Shown here in pieces: positions 46,691-59,543 of a stretch of DNA of 64,000 nucleotides. The stretch covers positions 62,001-126,000 of the forward strand of contig CAUYUJ010000137.1 in NCBI GenBank assembly GCA_963575745.1, read 5' to 3'. A model generated the notes under the pieces. That model saw nothing but the letters and a program-made list of their open reading frames with translations. It was not told the DNA's origin and did no database searches. This DNA comes from Prorocentrum cordatum (lineage: Eukaryota). Within the stretch, counting starts at the first letter, position 1; each line of letters begins with the position of its first letter. The position numbers and the translations under genes are program-made.

Positions 46691-47879
46691 TGGGTCTAAA
46701 GGTTCTGGACAGTGACGCGCGGCGGGACCCGCTACCAGGGGCGGGGCGGTCAGCGGTTGGTCCTCGGCGCGGCGCCTGCTGCTGCTTCTGCGGCTGCTGC
46801 TGCTGCGTCCGCCGCCTGCCGTCTGCCGCCCACCCGACCCGCCAGCGCGGTCGGCGTCGCTGGCCAGGTTTCGGCCCAGGGGTAGCGGGGAGACTGGAGG
46901 GTGGCCAGTCACAGAGGCTAGGCAGGGCGTCCACCCGCTGCCACGAAGACGCGCTGGGGGAACGTGCCGGCCGCGCTGCCGCTGCTCCTCGGCGCTCGAG
47001 CTCGCGCCCTTGCCTGGGAGGGAAGGGCCGGGGCAAGTGGGGGAGTGAGGCGGTGGGCGGTTGTCTGTTCCTGTTCTCGCCGATGCTCCCATTCCTGCGC
47101 TGGCGCTACTTCCGCGCCCCCCCCGTGGGCGGCCGGCAGCTCCTGCTCATCGGGCTCTTCCGGCTCCTGCTCCGCATGCTGCTCGCGTACGCTGCTCTGC
47201 GACTGTTCCGACCGGTTGGGCCCGCCGCCGGAACCGCCTATGGCTTCGCGGGGCGCGGCGGCAACTGGGGCACGGAAGTCTGGCGGGGACTTGCGGGTTG
47301 GCGCGGGCCGCACGGTTGGCCGCCAGGTACAGGCCGAGTCGCCTCCAGCAGCTGGGGCTGAGAGGACCGCTGCACTGTGGTAAGCGGGGGCAGGCCCCTC
47401 GCGTTGGCGCTCGCGTTGAGACCCGCGCCCGCCTTCGCCCACGAGCGCGCCCCCGTCTGTCGCAGCGTGACTTTCGTCATGTGTGGGAGTGCCGCGGGTC
47501 GCACCTGGCCCAGGCACGCTGTCAGACACCGTTTCTTTCGCCGGGACAGGGGTCGCCTTCCTCAGCGTGGTCCGGCCTTCGGGCGCGAGTGGCTGCGGTT
47601 CGCTGTCCGTTCGGGCGGATTCGCTGACAGGGGAACGAGGGCGAATGGGCGCGAAGGGACTTCTCTCGACAAGCTGGCGGATGGCCTCGATGTCCTGCCT
47701 CTGCAAGGCGTGTTCGTGGTTACCCAGCAAGGGGTCTTCGAGAATACCAGGGGCGGCGGTGGGCGGAGTCACAGCGGGGCGTCGTTGGGTCTCGCCGCCA
47801 ACCAGATGCATCGACAGCCCCAGGCTTTGCAAGTAATGGGCTCCGCATCGACCGTCGGCCACGGGGATGGCCTCGGAGG

Positions 47880-49733
47880 CGCTGGCTCCGACAGCCCCGG
47901 CGACTGGCAATGCGATAACTTGAGTTCGTGCCGCAACAGCTTGAGCCGCAACCGCTCGAGCCTCAACAACGAGACCGCCCCCGGGACGCAGATGCCAGTG
48001 AGGGGCTGTGGGAACGCCAGCATGGTTGTCTCCTGGGCGGGAAGGCACCGGCGCGCTGTGGCTGACGACCACCTGTTCGGTTTGTAGCTCTCCTAGGGGA
48101 CTACTGCAGCTGAAGGCCGCACGTTCCGGCGTGAACTCCTGACTCTCTATGCTGCGAGGAGGCTCGAAATGTCCTCCATCATCCGCACGGGGAGGCGTCG
48201 TGGACCTCCTTTCGGGAGCAGGCCGGTCTCCGAGCGCGGGCGCGCCCTCAGCGGCATCCCCGACTGTCGCCGCGATAGCGTTGCCAGGGGGGCACGCAAT
48301 TTCGGCCGCATCTTCCGCCTCGACAACGAGACCGCCCCCAGGACGCTGATAGGAGTGACGGGTTGTAGGAACGCCTGCTCGGTCGTTTCTAGGAGGGGAA
48401 GGCACGTCCCCGGGATGAACTGCATGCCCAGGGAGCTGATCGGCAGCCGTGCCGCCGTCAACGTCCATCTGCCCATTTAAAGACTCCCGGGCTACAGGCC
48501 CCTCCACTCTCGCTGCTTCGCACGGCGGTCCCCGGGCTCAAGGCCCGTCTTCCGCGTGTGCGACCTGGTCGCGCCCGGGGGGGGCGGCGGGCGGAAGGCG
48601 GGAGCCGTTTTGACGTAGGCTCAGGTCAGCTGGAGGGGTCGGATGCGCGACCAGGACGGAGGCCTCCACGGTCAAGGGATCGGCCCCCTCGCAGCTGAAG
48701 GCTGCCCCTCTCTGTCTGGACGCGTCCAAGGGAGGGTGGTCGGCGGAGTGTGGGCGTGAGCCAATGGGATGTGGATCGGGGACGTGGGCGGTCTGCGCTC
48801 GGTCCACCCACCCATCGTCAACGCTGCCACGCCACTGGGCAGCCTCAAGCACGGGCCGCCCCCCCTCGTTGGACAGGCTCCAGGGCCGATCTTCGAGAAT
48901 GCCGCCGTCGCTCATGACCAAGAGTCTCTGCGGCGCTCTCGGCGTCCGTGGGCGTCGTCTCTGGTTCTCGAGCTGAAGGCTCGTCCCTTCTGAAGCTGTG
49001 AGATACGCCTTGGAGACTCGAGCTGAAGGCTCGTCCCGCCTGTGACTCCCGAGCTGAAGGCTCGTCCCGTCTGCGATTGTCAAGAATTTCCTCTTCCAAC
49101 CCACTATCGTCGTCGTGGTCGTGGTCGTGCTCGTGCTCGTGGTCGAGGTCGTCGTCGTCGTCGTCGAGGCGACGGCGTCCGTGGAGGTCGTCGTCGGCGG
49201 CGTCGGCGTCGTGGTGGTCAGGCTGCCCAGGGAGCTGATTGGCTGAAGTCTCTGGTTCTCTCTGGTTCTCGAGCTGAAGGCTCGTCCCTTCTGAAGCTGT
49301 GACGCGCGCCTGTGGAGGCCCCGCCATCCGCTCGGGGAAACGTCGTGGACCTCCTGTCGGGGGGAAACTGGTCTCCGACCGCGGGCGCTCCCTCAGCAGC
49401 ACTCCCACCTGTCGCCACAAAGCTGTTGCCAGGGGGGGAGCAATGGGGTATGAGGTGGTGGCCGACGGCCCCGGCGACTGGCAATGTGATAGCTTGAGCT
49501 CGTGCCGCCACAGGTTGAGCCCCAACCGCTTGAGCATCAACAGATACGCCATGGAGTCTCGAGCAGAGGGCTCGTCCCGCCTGTGGCTCCCGAGCTGAAG
49601 GCTCGTCTCTTCTGAAGCTGTGAGATGCGCCTTGTAGACTCGAGCTGAAGGCTCGTCCCGCCTGTGACTCCCGAGCTGAAGGCTCGTCCCGTCTGCGACT
49701 GTCAAGAATTTCCTCTTCCAACCCCCTATCGTC

Positions 49734-49766
<33 letters not shown>

Positions 49767-50540
49767 TGCGGCGCTCTCGGCGTCCGTGGGCATCGTCTCT
49801 GATTCTCGAGCTGAAGGCTCGTCCCTTCTGGAGCTGTGAGATGCGCCTTGGAGACTCGAGCTGAAGGCTCGTCCCGCCTGTGACTCCCGAGCTGAAGGCT
49901 CGTCCCGTCTGCGACTGTCAAGAATTTCCTCTTCCAACCCCCTATCGTCGTCGTGATCGTGCTCGTGCTCGTGGTCGTGGTCGTGGTCGTCGTCGAGGCG
50001 ACGGCGTCCGTGGAGGTCGGCGGTGGGGGACGGGGGGGGGGGGCGTCGCGTCGTGGTGGTCAGTGCTGCCAGGAGCTGATTGCTGAAGTCTCTGGTCTCG
50101 AGCTGAAGGCTCGTCCCTTTCTGAAGCTGTGAGATGCCGCTGTGGAGGAACTCCACCATCCGCTCGGCCACGATACTGTTGCCAGGGGGGGAGCAATGGG
50201 ATATGAGGTGGTGGCCGACAGCCCGGGCGACTGGCAATGTGATAGCTTGAGCTCGTGCCGCAACAGCTTGAGCCCCAACCGCTTGAGCATCAACAGATGC
50301 GCCTTGGAGTCCCGAGCAGAAGGCTCGTCCCGCCTGCGACTCCCGAGCTGAAGGCTCGTCTTGGAGTCTCGAGCAGAGGGCTCGTCCCGCCTGTGACTCC
50401 CGAGCTGAAGGCTCATCTCTTCTGAAGCTGTGAGATGCGCCTTGGAGACTCGAGCTGAAGGCTCGTCCCGCCTGTGACTCCCGAGCTGAAGGCTCGTCCC
50501 GTCTGCGACTGTCAAGAATTTCCTCTTCCAACCCCCCATC
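47880..50540. repeat. Dispersed modular repeat family, copy B, with four ~136-bp tandem-dispersed units
   Basis: Units at ~48968, 49590, 49806 and 50400, each with three CGAGCTGAAGGCTC(G) hairpins; shares modules with 6260-7620. Confidence 0.9.
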
Positions 50541-50560
50541 GTCGTCGTGGGCGTGCTCGT

Positions 50561-50659
50561 GCCGTAGGTGATGATGTTGGGCTCCAGCTGCACGTCCGCC
50601 ATCACGCTCAGCAGCGCCACAACCTGCAAACGCTGCCGACGACTGCCCTTCTCGCACGC
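50561..50659 (-). pseudogene. Single degenerate pentatricopeptide (PPR) repeat fragment
   Basis: ACEKGSRRQRLQVVALLSVMADVQLEPNIITYG resembles the dinoflagellate PPR pattern ACEKG.QWQ.AL.LL.EM...LEP..I.Y. Confidence 0.6.
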
Positions 50660-51217
50660 CCAGCTCGCCCAGCTCGCACTCGAAGGCGCGCAGCGGGGAG
50701 ACCGTGATCGGCGCCCGGTCGCCCCGCGCGGGGGCGGCCGCGGCGGGGCAGGCCGCGGCGGGGCCAGCGGCCGCGGGGGCGGCCGCGGCAGGACCGGCGG
50801 CCGCGGCGGCCACTGCCGCGGCCGCCGCGCCTGCGGCGGCCGCGGCCGCCGCGGCGGGCCCGAGGGCGGCAGCGCGAGCCACGGCGGCAGCGGCCGCGGC
50901 GGCGTCGCCGCGGCCAGCCGCCCGCCACGGCCGCGGCGGCCGCGGCGGCGGCGGCGGCCGCGCGCGGGTCGCCGGCCACGCCGAGGCCGCCAGGGGCCGC
51001 GGCAGCCCGCGGCGCCAGCCCCGGGGGCGGCGCCGCGTGGCGGCAGGCGGCCGCGCGCCGCTGGCGGCGGCGGCGGGCCGCATGCGTCTCCGCCGGGGGC
51101 ATGGCCCGGCGGGCGGGGGGGGGGGGGAGGGCGACCTCCGTCCCCACCCCCGCAGGCAGGGAGGCTGGAGGCCAGGGGCGGGCCCCCGGCCGCGGCCGCG
51201 CAGGCGGGCTTGGCCAC

Positions 51218-51253
51218 CTTGAGCCAGAGCGGCCTTGAGCCAGAGGCTACGGA
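51218..51253 (-). other. Two tandem spliced-leader relics
   Basis: Minus strand TCCGTAGCCTCTGGCTCAAG-G-CCGCTCTGGCTCAAG. Confidence 0.75.
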
Positions 51254-52599
51254 CGCTGGGGGGTTTACGCGAAGCCTCTAGAATTTGTTTGACTGCGCTG
51301 CCGTCTGATGTTGCTCGCTTGCTTGTTCAAATGGTTTCCCTGACTCTGCCCCGAAAGGAGACTCTGATTGGGCGGAAGAGCGGTAGTAGGAGGAGGGAGT
51401 AGGCGCAGGAAGGGGGGCAGGAGTAGGAAGAAGAGGAGAGGGAGCAAGAAGAGCAGGAGGCGGGGGAAGAGGGGGGAAAAGACAAGGAGGAAGGATGAAA
51501 CAGAGGAGGGCGAGCAAGGAAAGGGGGCGACATTGCGCCGCGCCCCGACCGAAGTTCAAACAGCCCGCGACGCGCCCGCGCCGCCTGAACCGCCCCGCCC
51601 CCAGCACGGGAAACCCGAAGCCAGGGGCGGAGACAAAACTGCGCTCGAAGATGCGCCAGGGGGTTGTAATAGGACCTGCGGCAAGGTACGTAGTAGACAA
51701 CGTATTAAAATATGTAATGAAAGCTGCCGGAATGACTGCGCGAGGAAGATTATCACGAGATTACCCAAACTGTCGGTGGCACGTGGTGGGAAACATCGAA
51801 CGGAGGCTCAATCAAATCAGTCCGGGCGCATGTGCCAATGCATGTGGTCAGGTTTGCAGAAATAGCTGAACTGCTGCCGGATGTAAAATTGCACCGTCAA
51901 CTGCGCCGTAAGTGCATCAAAACGTGTCGCGGGAGCTGTGCGAGCGGCTATAGCAGGAACGCTTGCATGGGCTGTAGCAAGGGCATTTGAAGGATCTGTT
52001 GCAGAGTTTGTTGCTGGAGTTGCAGCGGGATCTGTCGAGGAGCAGCTGTGAGAAGTGCACGACTGACTGCAGTAAGAACTATTATGTTAAGGAGCTCAAA
52101 TGCGCGCGTGCGTGCCTGGGCGGGGCCCCCGGCGAGCCGCGTTCAGCAGCGCGCCTGAGACTCCGCTACTACTTGCGGCGCAAAAAGAATGCTTAGTACC
52201 CGCCCCTAGGGCCGCCAGGGCCGGTCGCGATCCGCCGGGCCCAGCGCGCGAGCAACTTTGAGCCCGCGCGCAATTCAAGTGCAAACCCGCGCCACAACCA
52301 GAATCCAAGAGCCCACGGGGCCCAGGCGGCCCAGGCGCGAAGCGAGCCAACCGAGGCCCCGAGCCTCCAATATGAGGCGCCGAGGCTCGCGCCAGAGACG
52401 GGGTGGAAATTACTCAGCAGGTGCTCGCGCCGAGCTCGCCTGCCCTTCTGAGCAGGCGCGCGCTCGCTCCAAGGCGGGGAAGGACCAGGGCGCGCCGCGG
52501 CGAGGCTCTTCGCTTCACGCGTGGCTGACGCGCAGGCCCCGCACCCCGTGCGCAGAATGCGCTGGGGGTCGCTGGGCCCGGTGGGCCACTGCCGCCCCC

Positions 52600-53608
52600 T
52601 CGGCCCGGGGCCCCGCGAAGAGCGCCTGCGTCTGCTGGCTAACGGGCTGGCCAGCGCCAGCGGCGCCGAGCAGGGACTCCATCTGATAAATGGAAGCGCC
52701 CGCGGCGTGCTGGAGCTGCCCTGCACCTGCGCCTTGTGGCGCGGGCGGCTGCGGATCCACGCAGGAGGTTTGCTCGCTGCTGTTGAAGCTCCATAAGCTC
52801 CACCTCCAGCTTGGCGTCGATTGTCCCCCGCTCCTCAACGATCGCGATGGCTGCCCTGGTTTGCTCGCGTTTCTCCTCCGCCAACTTCTTGCCTGTGCCA
52901 ATGCTGGTCTGGACCGTTACCGTGGAATCCGAGATGCCCTAGGGCCTCGCGGCCAGCGGCTCGGCCCGCTGCATCTCAGCGCGGGTGCGGTCTCTCTCTC
53001 CTGCTTATCCAGCTCGATATCTTGCTTGGTATGGACACCCCCGCTGGCGCTGCCCGCGGAGAGAAAATCCTCGAGAGTACGGATGCGTTTCTCCGCGTCG
53101 GCGAGTCTTCTCTTCCTCTCTGCGGCGGCTGAATCCGCGCCCAGCCCAGCGTCGCATCCCATGGCGACGCCGGCTGCAACGCCCCAGCTTGGCCGTTCGC
53201 TAGGTGGATCGCCTTGACCACCGCGATCCCGCGGAACGCCTTGTTGCGTTCCCATGGCGTGGGTCCTTCACTCCGTGCTGCGTCAAATCCCGCCTCGCCA
53301 GGCGGCCTGCGCGGTCGCTGCGATGGTGACCGTGGCTGGATTGTTCTCGCCTGGAGCCAGAAGCACTGCGCCCGAGATGTTCCCGTCGCGCTGCACCTCC
53401 ACTCGCGCCTGCACCCCGTCGGCTCGCCATTGCTGCGCCACGTCGATTCAGCCGATGATTGCTGCGCACTCCTGAGCCTGCCAAAGTGAGAAGGCGGCAA
53501 CGCAGGCGACAACACAACACTTGTGAAGAGTCGCATTGGATTCAAAGCGTGGACGCCCTCGCGCTCAGAGGCGCCCGAAAAGGGACTCACGGTCGTGGTG
53601 CGGTTCAT
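52600..53608 (-). pseudogene. SL-headed degenerate coding unit with coiled-coil fragments
   Basis: ATG 3 nt after the SL relic; fragments ERKRRLADAEKRIRTLEDFL and EEKREQTRAAIAIVEERGTIDAKLEVELMELQQQR in different frames. Confidence 0.35.
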
Positions 53609-53611
53609 TGC

Positions 53612-53633
53612 CTTGAGCCACCATGGCTCCGGA
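53612..53633 (-). other. Spliced-leader relic
   Basis: TCCGGAGCCATGGTGGCTCAAG, 19/22 identical to TCCGTAGCCATTTTGGCTCAAG. Confidence 0.8.
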
Positions 53634-54466
53634 TGGATGTTCGGGGGGGGGGGGGGGGGGCGTACTAGGAGCTGCAACGAGAGCTCTACAACTGGGACTG
53701 GTTGCAGTGCAGCGGAAGCTGTATTAGTGGTTGTGCAGAAGAATTGTGGTAGGAGTTGCGTTTCGATATGCAACATGCGATGTATGAGGAGTTACCGTGA
53801 AACCTGTATGATTCGTTGAAGTAGGGGATGCACTGGGGGCCTTAACGATAACCGTAGTAATGCATGACTTGAGAGTTGGATTTGGACATGTACGGCTGTT
53901 GGCCATTTGACGTGCAATAAACACTTCGGTCGGGACCAAAACGGAAACCGTGCTACGTGCTGCATTGGGATGTACAGTAAGAGGTGCACTAGTATATGGA
54001 CTAGGATGTGTGCCATCAACGGGAAGTGGACGACCATGACGACTTGTAGTGAGAGCTATGCGCGTGGCTGTGTTAGGAACTGTTGAAGGACCAGTGCGAA
54101 AAGCTGTAGGCGTTCTAGCTGGAGCTGCTGTGAGAGAAGGAGGAGGAGCGAGGGGATTGTCCTACTGGCTACAATGGAGCTGTCGCACGGATTGTTTTGG
54201 GATCTGGCGCTATCGTAACAGCTGTAGTGAAAGCTGTGCTGCTGCCTGCAGTGGAAGCATTAACTGGAGCTGTTCTTGGGCTGTTACACGAGATGTCGTG
54301 AGAGCTGTACGTTGTAGCAAAAGGTGGTGGTTGTCTTGTTACCCTGTTGTTCCACTGGTTTCCTTGAAGTATCTGCCGCAAGACTCTCAGATCTTTGGTT
54401 GTTGGTTATTGTTCCTTGTGTTCCTGTGGTTTGCCAGCTCCCTCCTGCACCCCAACCTCCTCCTCA

Positions 54467-54868
54467 TTCCTCCTCCTCCGGATCCTCCTCCTCCTACAGA
54501 TCCTCCTACAGATCCTCCTCCTCCTCCTTCTCCTCCTCCTGCTCCTCCTCCTCCTCCTCCTCCTCCTCCCTCTCCTCCTCCTCCTCCTCCTCCTCCTCCT
54601 GCTCTTCCTCCTCCTCCCTCTCCTCCTCCTCCTCCTCCTCCTCCTCCTGCTCCTGCTCCTCCTCCTCCTCCTCCTCCTCCTCCTCCTCCCTCCTCCTCCT
54701 CCTCCTCCTCCTCCTCCTCCTCCTCCTCCTCCTCCTCCTCCTCCTCCTCCTCCTCCTCCTCCTCCTCCTCCTCCTCCTCCTCCTCCTCCTCCTCCTCCTC
54801 CTCCTCCTCCTCCTCCTCCTCCTCCTCCTCCTCCTCCTCCTCCTCCTCCTCCTCCTCCTCCTCCTCTC
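54467..54868. repeat. (CCT)n microsatellite, ~400 bp
   Basis: Seen directly. Confidence 0.97.
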
Positions 54869-55319
54869 GCTCCTCTCACTCTTAGTGAGGACGAGGAGGG
54901 AAATGGTGATGACGAAAAGGAGGCCGAGGCGATAATTCCGCGCGGAAATCATCCCACACCGTTCCATTCAAACCATATGCGGGCTCCTAGGAAGCCTTCA
55001 AAAACCGTGGATGGGGGGGGGGGGACGGCGGCTACGAACCGAAGCCGAAAAGTTGCAACACTGCCCAGAGCCACGAGGTCCAGGCGCTCCTTGATCGGGG
55101 ATCTGCCGACCCGGGCCAATCCAGACCCGGGCCACTCGAGCTTACAGGATCCTGCAAAACCCTGCGGGACCCTGCGGGATTTTGTTGCCGAGCCTGGGTC
55201 AGTGCACCCGTGGCTCTGCAGGATCCTGCACGATCCGGCGCTCTGGCTGACGCTAGTTTGCATTGACCTCCGTCCCGTCGGCCCCGATTGGAACCTCACA
55301 TGTCTCATCCGGAAGCACA

Positions 55320-56680
55320 AGGTCCCCCAGACGGGCAAAGAAGGCCCAAAGAGGTCCCCAAGACGGTCGAAGAGGGCTTCGAGTCACCAGAAGACCGCTC
55401 CATGACGCTGAAGATGGCTTGAAGGCCGGCGGCACAGGAGACCCCCTGGACTAAAATAGGGCCCCGAGAGGCAAACATAATACCATTTTCTTTGATATTT
55501 GCAACATTTCAGTGATCTCGCGTTCCGGAGCTACGGCACTACAAGAAAGCCCCAAAGTGACCTCCAATATCGCCCCAAGACGGCCCAGCATGCCAATCAG
55601 AGTTCCCAGACGGCCCAAGAGGGGCCCGACACGGCCCAAGAGAGGTAAAAAGGCAACAAGAGAGCCTCAAGAGGGAGAACTTGAACTGACATGTCACGCT
55701 CTGCGCTGCACGATGACTCCGAAGACCACCAGCCTTCCGCAAGGGCCCCCCCATAAGCACGATGGGGCCCACAAGAATACAACATCAGGCCGCAAGAGGC
55801 CCCGAATAGGCCCCGAGATACCCCAAGACACACAGGAAACTGCCACAAAGATGCTTCCAATTGGCCTCCCAGGAGGTCCCCACAGGTATCCGAAGGGGCT
55901 TTGACCTAAACCTAGGCACGGTGGCGGCATGGGCCGAAGATCACTTGATTCGCCGGCCCCTGTTGATTCATCAAAGGGGTGCCTGGCGCGCTGGATGTCT
56001 GGTGGTTTCTGGTTTCTTTCTAAAGCACTCCCCCTAAGGCTTTCGGTCCAGCCCGCCGGTCACCTGGAAGGCCCCCCAAAAAGGTCTCCCGTTGCCCAAA
56101 TCAACTCCCAGACGCCCAAGACGGCCCAAGATAGCCTCCAAGATGCTTCGAAGACGGCCAAGATGACCAAGACGACCTCCAAGACGGCCGAGAGACGCCT
56201 CCAAGACGCCCAAGAGTGCCCCAAGACGGTCCAAGATGTCCTCCAGGCGGCCCAAGAGGCTCTTCAGTCCAAGATGACTTCCAGGAGGCCAACAGTGCTT
56301 GATCCCCCTAGCGTGTTTCAATGATTTTATGTAGCTATCTCGCCGTTTCGGGCCTCCGACGCTCGAAGACGGGCCCATAGGCCCAAAGATCGCCCCAAGA
56401 CGGCCCAGGAAGCCCCCAAGAAGCCCGCAAGACGACCCAGGAGGGTCCCAAGACAGCCCAAGGGGCGCTCAAGATGGCCCTGAAGTGCCGAAAGATGGAC
56501 CCACGACTGCCCAGGAAGGGCTCAAGACAGCCTCCGAAGGCCAGGAGGCCCCCAGGAGGCCCACAAGAGGTCCACAAGGGGTCCCCACGAGGCCCCAGGA
56601 GGCCCCCAAGATTCCCCTCAGAGCCCCCTCGAAGGTTGCCAGAAAGTCCCCAAGAGCCCCAAGACTGCCTCAGGAGACCT
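55320..56680. repeat. Degenerate CCAAGACGGC/CCCAAGAGG-type interspersed repeat
   Basis: Recurrent CCAAGA(C/T/G)G units; related tract at 63625-64000. Confidence 0.65.
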
Positions 56681-57030
56681 CTTCCTGTTCTTCTTCTCAT
56701 TCTTCTTCTTCTTCCACTTCCGCATTCTCCTCCTTTCTCTTCATCTCCCCAATGTTCCCCCAACGAGTTCCACAACGGCTGCGGGAACACTTGGACAAAA
56801 ACCTCTGCCTGACGTCGGCCCAACATTTGGCCGTACTGGCGTTACAAAACGAAAGGGGCGGCGGTGATTCGCCGTAGGCGTCTCCGCGAAGGGAACTGAA
56901 CGTGGCATGATCGAAACATACGTGTATAGTGATATCGACTGTTCGTAAGATCGGTAGGTAGTCAAACCGATCGATCGAAAGACAACGATACCGATATCTA
57001 TATGGCGAGGTATGTGTATTTACATGTATG

Positions 57031-57061
<31 letters not shown>

Positions 57062-59543
57062 TGTCAATCTGCCCCCACCCCGCACCCCCAACCTCCTAAT
57101 CACCCGAAGGGAGATCCAATCTGTGTATGTGCAGTGGGTGTTTCAACATGGACACACACATTCGTGTCAACTGCAACCATACACCGAACCAAACACACGG
57201 CCAATCTCCAAAGCAATCATGCGCAGAAAAACGGGTGTGCCCATTTCGCGGTTACTAAAAAGACCCGACGCAGGCTGGAACTCGCTGAACTAGGCTCAGA
57301 ACTTATTACAAGATGCAATGTCATTATTTCGGGTGTGCCTACCGTCCATACAGGGAAAGTTGTTTTTCGGAGTCCAGGAGGCCTGCACGTGCACGCGCAT
57401 GCTGCACAGTCGGACGCACAGCACATCCAGGGGCAACTACGGAAAGGCCAAGCTTCATGTAATGCCACGGCCCGCACGCGCACACACAAATCCATAGGAC
57501 AGAGCTCGCAGATACCCCGCACGTGCCCGCGAAACCTAGCAAGGTAAGAAGGGGTAAGAAAGCATGCCGGCATACATGTTGGCAATCGGGAGCAAACTCA
57601 TGTTGATGGCGTGTCCTAAAGAGTTGGTGGCGCCGGGACAATGGTGAGCTGTGATATTCTGGGACTTGGAAGCCTGAGCAAGACAAGACAAGGTATCTCA
57701 ATAGGCCAACCGCCTAGCTGCCAGGATAAGAAGAGATGGCGCACCACAACTGGGACTGACACACATTCTAGTATGATGATTGGATGCTTACTACCATATC
57801 TAATCAGCACCTTTACTTCGTGAACTTCTCCAACCAGAGAAAGAGGAGCTTGGGGACGTGTACACGCCGCCTGGTGCAGGACCCCATCCAGCACACAAGA
57901 GCGTCCTGTGCATGCGGGTAAACATGAATTGCTGTGGACATCCAGAAAAACCTTCCAGACACTCCTTTCACTCCTCTTCCCTCCTTATCAACCCCCGAAT
58001 CGTATGTGTTTCATCCTCCTCCTCCAACGCATCCCCATCCGTATTCATCCTGGTCATCTCCTCCTGGCCTCCTCCTCCTCCTCCTCCTCCTCCTCCTTAT
58101 CATCACCATCATCAACGCAATCTGCGCTCAGGCTGCCGCTTCTACCTTCTCTGCCCCTCTTCTCTGCGGACGCTGCTGCCGACACCACCGCTCGACATCG
58201 ACGTTGTCGTCGTCGTCGTCGGTCACACCCTCCTCATCATCATTCAGGCGGAGCTCGACCTTCCACAAGAAACCCAACCCTGAGACCCCATGACGTCCAT
58301 TGCTTTTTGGCGTGGGAACGTCACGCCTCCCATATAGCAAAACCGACGAAACCCAAGAAACCCAGGAAACGCTGGAAACATGCAAGGTGATTCTTGGCAT
58401 GGGTGTTCACTGTACTCGTGCAAGTCCACTTCCTTGCCCCCTTCCTCGACCAACTGGGCCAACTAACTTCGCGCCTCACGCCCCACATCATGGCAACGAT
58501 CCCTGCATCCGTTATTCCTGGAGGAATATGTCGCCTGCCTAGAGTCCCGCCGAGCGCACGGCGGTCTGGTTAAGAGCGAACAGATGTCGTAAGTCTCCGC
58601 GCACGGCAGAATCCTGTCGAGATCCGCGATGCACTTCTGATGCAGTCTTGCCTCTCGGCACAGAACTCAAGGGATATTAATGTACAGTGTTGTGTATGCA
58701 GCAGTCGTGTAGACGGACGCTCGACTTACCACGTCCATGACAACCTCAAGTGCCCAAGACACTCTAATGTTTGGCCCCCTCGAAAAGAAAAGCACCTGCG
58801 CTGCCACCTACGGCATATGGCCTCCAAATGCAGCGCGTTGAAACGCATCCAGCGGTCCACTAGATGACGGCGTACAATCAAAACGTGTACTAAGGTTGGG
58901 TGGTAGGGACGCAAAGCCCCTGAAGGCCGAAATCGGGATGTTTTTGAACGGCGGGCGCCCCGTGAGAAAAACGGGAAAAAAGGGCGGGGTGCAGAGGCTA
59001 GGACACAAGGGTACTCAGGCCCTCCCCCTCCTCCTCCTCCTCCTCCTCCTCCTCCTCCCCCTCCCCCTCCCCCTCCTCCTCCCCCTCCTCCTCCCCCTCC
59101 TCCTTCTCCTCGTCCTCCTCTTCTTCCTTCTCCTCCTTCTCCTCCCCCTAGAAGCCGCGCGTCCTCGCTAGGCGCGTTGACTGTGTCAATCATGAACGCC
59201 CACATCGGCGGCATCCCCAGGCGAGACACCCTGCTGCTTGCCAGAGCAGTCCACTCCAGACGTCATTCTGAGCTGGGCCGCTGGTTCTGCTCCTGAAGGC
59301 CCTCAAGGCATCCGCTCTAGGGAGCCCACAAGAGACGTACGCGCCCAACCGCTTGCATGAATACGGCCCCCCCGTTCGCGAGCCCAGCCTCGTGACACGA
59401 ACGCTCTCTCGATGCGAACTCTCGAAACCAACGTGGATTCATGTACGTGTGCGTCCTTCGCTCCTTCGTCCTTCCTGCGTCCTTCGCTCCTGCATGTACG
59501 TGTGCTCCGAGAGGCCCCCGCGTCCCCGTGGGGCCCTTCCTCT

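Noticed and set aside
47939..47956. CTTGAGCC as another SL relic (also at ~50268)
   Set aside because: The match is limited to 8 nt and is an internal part of the modular repeat.
48960..50540. GAGCTGAAGGCTCGTCCC repeats as a CRISPR array
   Set aside because: The spacers are themselves repeated and irregular, the context is eukaryotic, and no cas genes are present.
50060..51281. Multiple long Ala/Arg/Gly-rich ORFs on both strands
   Set aside because: Extreme GC content removes stop codons; only the PPR fragment is recognisable.
54049..55405. Poly-Pro/Ser/Leu/Gly/Arg/Glu ORFs
   Set aside because: Artifacts of the (CCT)n microsatellite; the same applies to ORFs at 14.5-16.4, 37.5-39 and 44.5-45.5 kb.
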